A stretch of DNA of 53,701 bases. Origin: Candidatus Azambacteria bacterium RIFCSPLOWO2_01_FULL_46_26. Its GTDB lineage: Bacteria > Patescibacteriota > Minisyncoccia > UBA9936. Within the stretch, counting starts at the first letter, position 1; each line of letters starts with the position of its first letter. This document shows positions 35,525 to 43,456 of this stretch, piece by piece. The notes below the pieces were generated by a model, which worked only from the letters and a program-made list of their open reading frames with translations, did not search any database and had not been told where the DNA came from. The position numbers and the translations under genes were made by a program. Where the stretch lies: NCBI GenBank assembly GCA_001774105.1, contig MEYT01000042.1, forward strand, positions 1 to 53,701, read 5' to 3'.

Positions 35525-37036
35525 TTATCTTGCTTTCCATTTGAATGAAATCGTGAATAGGATATTCTGCGTTTGAACCAAACTTCCCAGCGGCAAATTC
35601 ACGTCGGAGAAATCGGGAGAGTTTTCAAGCTTATTTTTGAAAAGCAGGGCCGCGTCGCGGCTTGACGCGATGCCGGTAATGCTTATGGGCTGGTCCAAAG
35701 AGCTTAAACCTAACTGCGTCAGATTGATACCCGGAGGTGCCAAAGCCAAGATTTTTTCAATGACAGGAGAAACGAAATTGGCGTTTTCGGCGGCCGGAAC
35801 CATTATTTTCAGTTTTTCGTTGATTTCCGACGCTTTCTGTTCCAAATCGCCCAAAGTAACGGGTCCAGAAATAATTCCTCTTGTTTCAAGCTGCCGATCC
35901 ACTCCCGTCAAAATAGAGTTAAGAAAAAAATGCGAGCCGACGAAAAGAATCATAATCGCGATGGACAGCGCGGCGATTATGTCGCTCCATAAAGTAAAGT
36001 AAGAAACAAACTTTCTCTTCGCGTAAGCCGCTTCGGTTCCCACGGGCATTAAACTGTTTATCGCGTCCTCAACTCTCGGAATCAATCCTCTTAGAGCCGT
36101 GCCGACCGCTATCAACCATGAATCGTCAAACAAAGGAAAATTTTTGGCCCTATGAATCTTTAATTTAAACGGCTGATGCTCAAGGCCGGTTTTGGTTTGC
36201 AATTGATCAAGAATTCCCGCTTTCACGGCTTCCGGAGCGAGCAATGTAAATTTTTTAAGAACGGTTTCCTTGTGTTCCGACTGAAAAAAATTCACGGTTA
36301 AATTTATCTCTTTCGCCAAAACATCCAAAATGCGTTCCCGGGTTAATTCGGCTTCTTTTTCCTTAGCGAGATGAGCCGACCAAGCAACAAAGCGATTAAA
36401 TCTTACGAAATTTTTCTGCGTGATAACCAAATTAATTCCCTCTTCGTTCAAATACGCGATTAATCCCGCCTCGTCTTCAAAATTTTCAACCAGCCGAGCC
36501 AAACTTTGCGACGGCGATTCAAAAGCCAAAGCCATAAAACCCGCTTTATTCAGCGCGTCAATGTAAGCGTCCGCTCTCTCTTTTCTGACCGCTTCCAGCA
36601 GGACTTCCCTGCTTATGACGGAATCAATCTGAAACTCGCTCTGTTCCTGCCAATCAAGATAAGTATCTGATGGAGCAACCGGCAAGACCGTGCTGATGTT
36701 CAAATTCATCGCGTCTTTTATTTGCTCCGGGTTTAAATTCGGAAATTGAAAAACTTTTGAATAAATGCCTTCCGGTGGCAGGGAAACGATCACGTAAGGC
36801 GTTTTATCCAAATATCCGCCCGCTTTTTCTTTTATTTTTTTCAAGGCCGAAATTAAGCCCTCTTTATCTTTGACTTCGCCGTTTTCAAGAATTGACGGCG
36901 CCAAGCGAACGCCGGCTTGAACAATTAAGGATATTGTTGAATCCGTTTTATGAAAAAGCAAAAGCCGCAGGGACGAATCCGATATCGCCAGCCCCGCGAT
37001 TTTTTCTCCCGGATAAAATAGGTTAACTATATTCAT
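35525..37036 (-). CDS. pilM: PilM-PilN fusion (actin-like ATPase domain + TM + PilN-like domain)
   Basis: 503 aa. The N-terminal ~330 aa is PilM/FtsA-like (GLAISDSSLRLLL, two subdomains). This is followed by the TM helix LWSDIIAALSIAIMILFVGSHFF and a periplasmic-type PilN-like tail. Confidence 0.7.
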   Translation of the reverse strand: MNIVNLFYPGEKIAGLAISDSSLRLLLFHKTDSTISLIVQAGVRLAPSILENGEVKDKEGLISALKKIKEKAGGYLDKTPYVIVSLPPEGIYSKVFQFPNLNPEQIKDAMNLNISTVLPVAPSDTYLDWQEQSEFQIDSVISREVLLEAVRKERADAYIDALNKAGFMALAFESPSQSLARLVENFEDEAGLIAYLNEEGINLVITQKNFVRFNRFVAWSAHLAKEKEAELTRERILDVLAKEINLTVNFFQSEHKETVLKKFTLLAPEAVKAGILDQLQTKTGLEHQPFKLKIHRAKNFPLFDDSWLIAVGTALRGLIPRVEDAINSLMPVGTEAAYAKRKFVSYFTLWSDIIAALSIAIMILFVGSHFFLNSILTGVDRQLETRGIISGPVTLGDLEQKASEINEKLKIMVPAAENANFVSPVIEKILALAPPGINLTQLGLSSLDQPISITGIASSRDAALLFKNKLENSPDFSDVNLPLGSLVQTQNILFTISFKWKAR

Positions 37037-37051
37037 ACGCGCTTCGCTCGT

Positions 37052-37156
37052 GCGATACTAATATACTAATGCATACTAATGATACGAATGGATACTAATG
37101 TTTTTTTATTCGTATTTATTAGTATAATTCGTATGCATTCGTATATTGGCATCGCG
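37052..37156. repeat. ATACGAAT/ATACTAAT-unit palindrome, copy B (5' of pilM/N)
   Basis: GCGATACTAATATACTAATGCATACTAATGATACGAATGGATACTAAT ... ATTCGTATTTATTAGTATAATTCGTATGCATTCGTATATTGGCATCGCG. Confidence 0.9.
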
Positions 37157-37582
37157 TTATTCAATTTCTTCCCAACTCTGGTGGGTCACTTTTCCGTAAG
37201 TGTCCACGTTTACGACATTGCTGATTTTTCTTTTTATGTTTCCGACCGAACCAATGACGATTACGGTCTTTGGGTCGGTCCCGGTTACGGTAATTTCGGC
37301 CTTTTTATTGTCGTCAAAAGTCAGGGTGCAAACGCCGGCCGAACAGGTTAAATCATCCGCGCTCGTGTAATTTTTGTTCCGCGTGATTTTCATTAAAGCG
37401 TCTTTAAGCCCGGCTTCGGTCAGATAAAAACTCTCAAGCGATTTTCTCTGCGCGAAAGAAATTGTGCTCTCAATCACGCTGGTGGTCGTTAATATCAAGC
37501 CGACGGCCAGGAGGATGAGAGTAATTATTAGGATGGAAGGGAGAGCGGCTATGCCCTTTTGAGAACATATAACATTTGACAT
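37157..37582 (-). CDS. PilX-like minor pilin (non-canonical prepilin N-terminus, no Glu5)
   Basis: 141 aa. MSNVICSQKGIAALPSILIITLILLAVGL resembles the PilX_N pattern (RG.AL...L..L). Confidence 0.6.
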   Translation of the reverse strand: MSNVICSQKGIAALPSILIITLILLAVGLILTTTSVIESTISFAQRKSLESFYLTEAGLKDALMKITRNKNYTSADDLTCSAGVCTLTFDDNKKAEITVTGTDPKTVIVIGSVGNIKRKISNVVNVDTYGKVTHQSWEEIE

Positions 37583-37592
37583 ATGACATTTG

Positions 37593-38081
37593 TTAATTCC
37601 TCAGAACGGCCGTTGTCGTGGCCGAAGACGAATAAATATAATCAGGCCGTTCTTTCGCGTCGTAATCAACCGTCACGCTTAGCTGAACGCTCTTCTTCGC
37701 CGGAGAGGGGTTGTTAATTGAGGCAAAAAAAAGTTTGCCGATGATAACTTTGTCGCTTGTCAAAGCCGTTGCAGGCGAAGCCCCTTCCTGAATGGTTAAT
37801 GCGTTTCCGGTGACGGTGAAGATCGTGGGATTTTTCGCGGAATCGGTCATTGCCAGCGAAAGAGTGTTTCCCGAAGCGGAATTCACGCCGGAAGCCGAGT
37901 GAATTACCTGTGACAGGCGTTCCATTGTTCTTGCCAAATTCTGCCTCACCTCTCCCCTTGCTTCCGTCTGCGCCCTCACCTTCGCCAAAGTTATGAAGAA
38001 ATCGGTCAAGACAAGCGAAATAACGGCGAAGATGGCGATGTAAATTATCAATTCAATAAAAGTAAACCCTTTTTGATTCAT
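37593..38081 (-). CDS. Prepilin-type N-terminal cleavage/methylation domain protein (minor pilin)
   Basis: MNQKG|FTFIELIIYIAIFAVISL is a class III signal with Glu at +5. Confidence 0.85.
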   Translation of the reverse strand: MNQKGFTFIELIIYIAIFAVISLVLTDFFITLAKVRAQTEARGEVRQNLARTMERLSQVIHSASGVNSASGNTLSLAMTDSAKNPTIFTVTGNALTIQEGASPATALTSDKVIIGKLFFASINNPSPAKKSVQLSVTVDYDAKERPDYIYSSSATTTAVLRN

Positions 38082-38083
38082 AT

Positions 38084-38899
38084 TTATGGAGACCAGTTGA
38101 TAATCACGTCATCCACCCTCGGGCTTGCAAGGCCCGTGTTGCTCGGCTTTAAAATAATTCTGTATCTGAAATAACGCATATTATTGTGATAAGCCGGGCT
38201 GATTCGGATCGGAATATCAGGCCCGCTCGGTTCGTAGTAGCTCGTCGGCAAGCCGTCAGGACCTAAAAAATTCCAGGGGCCGTTCGGGTCGTTTGAGGTG
38301 GCGAACTGAAATAGGACGCGCGAGGTCGCGGGCAGTTGCCCTTTCCACATTATCGCGTTGTACCCAGCGCCTTCGGGAACCTGCGTATCATAAGTTGAAG
38401 AATCAAGCTGACCGGAGGTCAAAAATTTCGGCAAAAAAGTGTAAGTGAGCCGGATTTTTGCGGAAAGCAAGGACGCAGCGGCTCCGTCAAGCTTCAAATT
38501 AAGCGTAAAAGACCAATTACCTCCCTCGTTAATAACCGAAGCCAGATAAGAAGTGGCGTCATATCGTATCTTGAAAGGATCTGTTCTTTGCACGGAATCA
38601 AGAACGAACGTTTTTGCTCTTGCTTGAGCAAAAGTCGGATCGTCTATTGAGACCTGAAGGGTGGGGTTGGGAGTTACTTGATTTGTCGCAACACCGCGTA
38701 TCTCAACTTCCGCGCTTTTGATGAGCGGCTGGATTTCTCCGATAAACACGGTGAAAGGCATGTCTATCTGATCCCCGGGATTACGCAAAACCGTCTCCTG
38801 TCCGACAAAATACTGGATTTGCTTCATCGCGGCGGCGTGCGCCGAGAACGCGGCAAGAAATAAGAACGACAGTGATAGAAGGAAAAGTTTCAACTTCAT
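38084..38899 (-). CDS. Secreted protein of unknown function (pilus-cluster embedded)
   Basis: 271 aa with signal peptide MKLKLFLLSLSFLFLAAFSAHA. Its N-terminal domain is homologous to the C-terminus of the upstream 902-aa protein. The gap to its neighbours is 2-4 nt. Confidence 0.75.
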   Translation of the reverse strand: MKLKLFLLSLSFLFLAAFSAHAAAMKQIQYFVGQETVLRNPGDQIDMPFTVFIGEIQPLIKSAEVEIRGVATNQVTPNPTLQVSIDDPTFAQARAKTFVLDSVQRTDPFKIRYDATSYLASVINEGGNWSFTLNLKLDGAAASLLSAKIRLTYTFLPKFLTSGQLDSSTYDTQVPEGAGYNAIMWKGQLPATSRVLFQFATSNDPNGPWNFLGPDGLPTSYYEPSGPDIPIRISPAYHNNMRYFRYRIILKPSNTGLASPRVDDVIINWSP

Positions 38900-38903
38900 A
38901 ATT

Positions 38904-41612
38904 CTACGGACTATAATAATACGTTACCACCACTTTCGCGCTCAAAAGCGAAATGTTTGAAGTGCCGGTTAAATTCATATACAGGGTATTTGTCGGCGAA
39001 GGATTATTTTCGCTGGCGACAAGAAGCGTGGTATTCGGATTAGGGATGTTATACATCAAATTAAACGCCGTAACATTGTTCGCGGACAAATTCGCGGTCA
39101 TTGAAGCCGCACTGTTCACTTTTACATCAATGCCCGCGCCCGCGGACGACACGCCGGAAACCTCAACAAACGCGTTTTGGATGTTCGGACTTGCGTCGGA
39201 AATGTAAATCTGAAATGTCGTACCCGGGTCGGTGTAAGGCGCGGTAATCGTGGTTGTCTGCTGTTTCGCGAAAAATTCAAGGGTCTTCATCGCCTTGACC
39301 TCGGGAGCAACGGTCAGGAACGAATTACAACTCGGGGCGGAAGGAGAGATCGTTTCGTTATTTGCCAGGTCCTTTGAACGGACGCGATAATAGTAGGTTG
39401 TGTTTGAGGAAAGTCCAAGGAGCGTTATGGAATGAGAAGTCCCCGAACCCGCGCCGCTGGACGGTTCAAAATACGCGCCCGGGTCGCAGGTTGAAATTCC
39501 GTATTCAACCTGCTGGGTCGCACTTTCGTTTGTCGTCCATTCAATGGTTGCCGTGTTACCAGCGATATTGGTCGCGTTGACCGCGGAAATAATCGGAAAA
39601 GTAGTGTCAATGTAAAAGTCGGTGTCTCCGGGGTCAGCATTGCCGCCGAATGAAATCCAATTGCTCACATCATTCGTGCTTTGATTTTTAACCCGAGCGC
39701 GCCAATGATAGGAAGTTCCGTCGCTTAAGCTACCTGCATTAACCCATCCAAGAACCGGCGCGCCGCTGTAAGCAACACCGGTACCGTCCGCAATTCCGGT
39801 TCCGTCAAACGCGACGCCAACCGCCTTTACCTCAACTTGCGGAATGAGCGTAACGTTCACAACCGCGCTCATTGTCATCCTAAACCACACGTTTGTCTGG
39901 TTAATTCCTCCGTTGACCGCGATGTTGGTTGTGGGCGGCTCTAGCGTATCTGTGTTTGTTTTGAATTGGTATAACGTGGCCGAACTTGGGTCATTGGGAA
40001 TCGGCGTCAAGATAACAAACGGAAACGCGTTGCTTAAATCATTAAAACTCTCAACGGTCACGGTGATGTTTCCCACCGGAGTTCCGACTGGGACATTCGC
40101 GTTAATCACCGTATTTGTCCATCCTGTTACATTGGCATCTGAAACCTGAACGGACTCGAACACCACGTTGTCGCTTGCCGTGCTTCTTGAACCAACACCC
40201 GGACAGATTTGGCTCGGCTGACAAAGATGATTTCCCGAAATCGTAACAGGGTCATTGGCGACGCCGCTTGAAGGAGTAATTCCCGTAATTCGCGGCAAAA
40301 TACGGAATGTTGACCATGTCGCGGTTCTGTTGTCCGGCGGATCGGTTCTCGTAAGCGTGATGGAACCCTGATAAAGATTGTCGGCAATGGAGGTTGGCAC
40401 GCGGACTTCAATCGCGGTATCGCTGTAACTGTTTACGGTTGCCGGCTGGTTCAAAATTGTTACTGTGCCGCCTAATCCGAATGCCGTGCCGGTTAGCGTA
40501 ATTACCCCGTCGGTATCGCCGGCGCTGTATTCTCTGGCGCAATTCGCGCAAGGGACGCCGGGAGGACTTTGCAAAGCCCCCGCGGTTGGATACACGTAAA
40601 AATCCAGCGGCGTGGGATCGGAAGTTCCAGCGGCAAAAACCACAAGGGCTCCCACCCCGCCGTACACATTAATAGTGGCGGGAATCGTAAACACAATACT
40701 TGTATTTTGCCACGATATAATATTGTCGCAGGGAATATCAAAGGTCTGGATTGAAACTTTATAATCGGAGCCGGTGCAAACATTATTTCTAAAACTGTTT
40801 CCCGTAATTGTAATTTGATCTCCGATTTTACCGCCCAAATTGTTCATCGCCGGATTGGTGTCATTGGTGTAAGAAGTCGCGTCAGGATTAACGGTTGATG
40901 TCCAACTGGTCGTCAAAACCGCCTCTTCGCCGCTTGACTCGTCAACAACGAATTGAAACCCGGCGGCGGAATTGTTCGCCTTGGCGCTGATATACCAAAC
41001 ATACTCAACATAAAACCATTCATTGTTTAGATTGGGTCCACCGGGATTATAAGTAAAAACATCTGTTTTGATTTCTCCGGATGTCGCGGAAAAGTTAATC
41101 GTGTTCGGGCTCGCGAACCAGTCCGTGACGGCGGTCGGCGAAGTCATGTCCGCGTTCACCGCTTTCCAGAGCCGGACATAAACTTTGCCGGAATGGGCGT
41201 ACGCGGCCCTGTTTCTTAATTTTACCTTAAAAGTCCAGTTGCCGTTGTTGTAGCCGCCCTTTAACAAGGTGGAACTGCGGAAACCGGCGGTCGTTATGTT
41301 TGTCGGCAGAGCGGTTCCGAAAGGCGTGCTGTTTATTTGTCCGGGGGTGATAATAAAATATCTTCCGGTATTGGTATTTCCGGTATTGATGTCGGTGGTC
41401 GTGTCGGTTGAAGGCGTGGCGTTCGTCTCATCAAAGCTGAACGATTGGAGCGGCGGAATACTGAAAGACAAGTCGTTGCTCAAAAGCAGGGTCTGAACCG
41501 CGCCCCGGGCTTTTTGGACGCCGGAAAAATAAAATACCGCGCCGGCCGCCGCGACAAGAATCGCCAATGTTATAACGAATGGAAATTTGTGTTTTTTTAT
41601 TATTTTTGTCAT
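38904..41612 (-). CDS. Large membrane-anchored/secreted protein with IPT/TIG-like and Fn3-like domains (candidate pilus-associated adhesin)
   Basis: 902 aa.
- N-terminal TM helix FVITLAILVAAAGAVFYF.
- Three IPT/TIG-like units: ITITGNSF, ITLTGTAFG, VTISGNHL.
- Fn3-like units: GTSYHWRARV; TIEWTTNESATQQVEYG...TTYYYRVRSKD. Confidence 0.8.
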   Translation of the reverse strand: MTKIIKKHKFPFVITLAILVAAAGAVFYFSGVQKARGAVQTLLLSNDLSFSIPPLQSFSFDETNATPSTDTTTDINTGNTNTGRYFIITPGQINSTPFGTALPTNITTAGFRSSTLLKGGYNNGNWTFKVKLRNRAAYAHSGKVYVRLWKAVNADMTSPTAVTDWFASPNTINFSATSGEIKTDVFTYNPGGPNLNNEWFYVEYVWYISAKANNSAAGFQFVVDESSGEEAVLTTSWTSTVNPDATSYTNDTNPAMNNLGGKIGDQITITGNSFRNNVCTGSDYKVSIQTFDIPCDNIISWQNTSIVFTIPATINVYGGVGALVVFAAGTSDPTPLDFYVYPTAGALQSPPGVPCANCAREYSAGDTDGVITLTGTAFGLGGTVTILNQPATVNSYSDTAIEVRVPTSIADNLYQGSITLTRTDPPDNRTATWSTFRILPRITGITPSSGVANDPVTISGNHLCQPSQICPGVGSRSTASDNVVFESVQVSDANVTGWTNTVINANVPVGTPVGNITVTVESFNDLSNAFPFVILTPIPNDPSSATLYQFKTNTDTLEPPTTNIAVNGGINQTNVWFRMTMSAVVNVTLIPQVEVKAVGVAFDGTGIADGTGVAYSGAPVLGWVNAGSLSDGTSYHWRARVKNQSTNDVSNWISFGGNADPGDTDFYIDTTFPIISAVNATNIAGNTATIEWTTNESATQQVEYGISTCDPGAYFEPSSGAGSGTSHSITLLGLSSNTTYYYRVRSKDLANNETISPSAPSCNSFLTVAPEVKAMKTLEFFAKQQTTTITAPYTDPGTTFQIYISDASPNIQNAFVEVSGVSSAGAGIDVKVNSAASMTANLSANNVTAFNLMYNIPNPNTTLLVASENNPSPTNTLYMNLTGTSNISLLSAKVVVTYYYSP

Positions 41613-41617
41613 GGCGC

Positions 41618-42178
41618 TTATCTTATCTCAAAACCCGTCACTCCCTTCTCCGTCCTGACAGCCCAGAACCATTTTTGAAACGCGCGGTCGTAATATAAAT
41701 TCATTTCCTTAATTGTCTCGTTTTTAAAATTCGGCAAGGCCAAGAATTGGCCGGCGACTTCCGCACTGTCGCGCCAGTCGGAAGGCAAACCCGAACCCCA
41801 TATCCCGCTTTCCGCAATTTCGGTATTCTCAATTTTTTTATTTTTTACCGTTACCAGATAATTATATTTCGTCGGACTGCCCACGGGACCGCCTTGCGCC
41901 TCCGTGTAACTCTTTGAATAAAACTCCGCCTGCCACGCTTCGCTCTTTCCTTCCTTCACCTCGCCGATTGTTTTCAAAAAGACCGGCTGAACGTCCGCCT
42001 GCCATTTTTTCGCTTCCGCGGACGCCAAATCATACGCCTGCTTTGCCGTCATTGATTCCTTCGGCGGAGTTTTTTCTATCGTGTATTGCTTCTCTCCAAG
42101 CGTGGCGAAATACAGCACTGCGACTAAAATTAAAACAAACAACAATCCAAAAATAATAAGGTTTCGTTTGGTAAACAT
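41618..42178 (-). CDS. N-terminally anchored hypothetical protein (pilus-cluster embedded)
   Basis: 186 aa with one TM helix. There is a 1-nt gap to the upstream minor pilin gene and 5 nt to the downstream gene. Confidence 0.65.
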   Translation of the reverse strand: MFTKRNLIIFGLLFVLILVAVLYFATLGEKQYTIEKTPPKESMTAKQAYDLASAEAKKWQADVQPVFLKTIGEVKEGKSEAWQAEFYSKSYTEAQGGPVGSPTKYNYLVTVKNKKIENTEIAESGIWGSGLPSDWRDSAEVAGQFLALPNFKNETIKEMNLYYDRAFQKWFWAVRTEKGVTGFEIR

Positions 42179-42179
42179 A

Positions 42180-42833
42180 CTATTGTTCCCTTCTTAATGT
42201 AATGCTCCATGGCGGAGTGTTATAATCCAGATTCGCGTCGTCGGTAAAAAAATCATAGCCGAAGTTCGTAACCGGGCCCGCCACGCCGATGGCGCCGAAC
42301 CAAGCGCTCTGAATTGCGGTTTCGTTAGGCCAGCGGCTGAAATAATCGTTTAGAGTTATTAAACCTTCGTTCCAAGTTACGATTGCCGCCATTTTTTGGG
42401 TTGAAGGGTCTTCGTAAGTTCCGGTGCCGGAGGGGGTAATTTTTTCGGTTATTTCGTCGCGATACGCGTTTTCAAAATACAAATACCGCGTGTAAGTTAC
42501 ACCTCCTATTATAACATTTTCCTGCCCCGCCTGTAACACCCACTTATCAACCGGCGTTGTTTGGTGAACAGGATAATATGTGTTTGTCTGGCTTTTGTTT
42601 AACAAATAAATATTGTGCCACTTCTCGCCGCTGACCGCCCGAACGGTTTCCATCATTTCTTCCGCCAGATTTTTGGCAATCGTTTCCCTGCCGCTTATCT
42701 GAACCGACCGCAAACTCACGCCGATCATTTGAGCCGCGAGACCCGCGATAACGGCTGTAATGGCGACGACAAGAAGAAGCTCTATTAAAATTTGTCCGCG
42801 GTGATTGAGAAACATAAAAATTTTTAAATCCAA
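42180..42833 (-). CDS. Prepilin-type N-terminal cleavage/methylation domain protein (minor pilin)
   Basis: ...NHRG|QILIELLLVVAITAVIAGL is a class III signal with Glu at +5. 217 aa. Confidence 0.8.
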   Translation of the reverse strand: MDLKIFMFLNHRGQILIELLLVVAITAVIAGLAAQMIGVSLRSVQISGRETIAKNLAEEMMETVRAVSGEKWHNIYLLNKSQTNTYYPVHQTTPVDKWVLQAGQENVIIGGVTYTRYLYFENAYRDEITEKITPSGTGTYEDPSTQKMAAIVTWNEGLITLNDYFSRWPNETAIQSAWFGAIGVAGPVTNFGYDFFTDDANLDYNTPPWSITLRREQ

Positions 42834-42837
42834 AATT

Positions 42838-43302
42838 CTATTCCGAGATTCTCCCTTCCCTGCTCACCGTAATCGTCCTGATGTTCGCCGTGTCGCTTGT
42901 CAGAAAAACCGCGACTGAAACATCGGCGGCGACCTTGCCGGTGTTTTTTAAAAACACGACATCAAGAGTGTTTTCGGAGGACGGCTGGCTGAAATTCACG
43001 CGCTCGTCAAGATAAATCATTTCCTGAATTTGACCCGCGCTGAAATCGCTCGCGGTTGAAAAAAGCTGATAATAATGGGCGCCGGAAACCGGATTAACGA
43101 AATGAATTCCCCATCTCAAGCCGTTCTCTCCCGACATTGCTTTTGCCTGCGCTTTTCTTAACTGCAGAATTATTTCTCCCGCTCCCTGATCCAGCGAAGC
43201 CGAACGAAAATAACCGACCCCAAGCATTGTGGTAAGAGAGGCCAAGATCGCCAAAATTCCGACGACGATAATAAGTTCAAGCAAAGAAAAACCCTTTTGC
43301 AT
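42838..43302 (-). CDS. Prepilin-type N-terminal cleavage/methylation domain protein (minor pilin)
   Basis: MQKG|FSLLELIIVVGILAILASL. 154 aa. Confidence 0.85.
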   Translation of the reverse strand: MQKGFSLLELIIVVGILAILASLTTMLGVGYFRSASLDQGAGEIILQLRKAQAKAMSGENGLRWGIHFVNPVSGAHYYQLFSTASDFSAGQIQEMIYLDERVNFSQPSSENTLDVVFLKNTGKVAADVSVAVFLTSDTANIRTITVSREGRISE

Positions 43303-43317
43303 AAACGCTTCGCTTAC

Positions 43318-43452
43318 GCGATGCCAATATACCGCGATGCTAATATACTAATGCATACGAATTATACCAATAAATGCGAATAAGAAATACCGGTCTTCAT
43401 TCGTATTATTAGTATGAATTCGTATATTGGCATCGCGGTATATTAGTATCGC
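43318..43452. repeat. ATACGAAT/ATACTAAT-unit palindrome, copy C (between pilC and the minor-pilin operon), with doubled termini
   Basis: GCGATGCCAATATACCGCGATGCTAATATACTAATGCATACGAAT ... ATTCGTATTATTAGTATGAATTCGTATATTGGCATCGCGGTATATTAGTATCGC. Confidence 0.9.
43361..43369 (-). promoter_or_regulatory. Extended -10 (TGGTATAAT) in the centre of the pilC/minor-pilin palindrome
   Basis: The plus strand reads ATTATACCA. It lies 58 nt upstream of ATG 43302. Confidence 0.5.
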
Positions 43453-43456
43453 ACTA

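Noticed and set aside
37141-37156. Sigma54-type promoter (TGGCAT...) within the repeat terminus GTATATTGGCATCGCG
   Set aside because: The TGGCA is on the wrong strand for the downstream (minus-strand) genes, and no GC element is present at the required 10-nt spacing.
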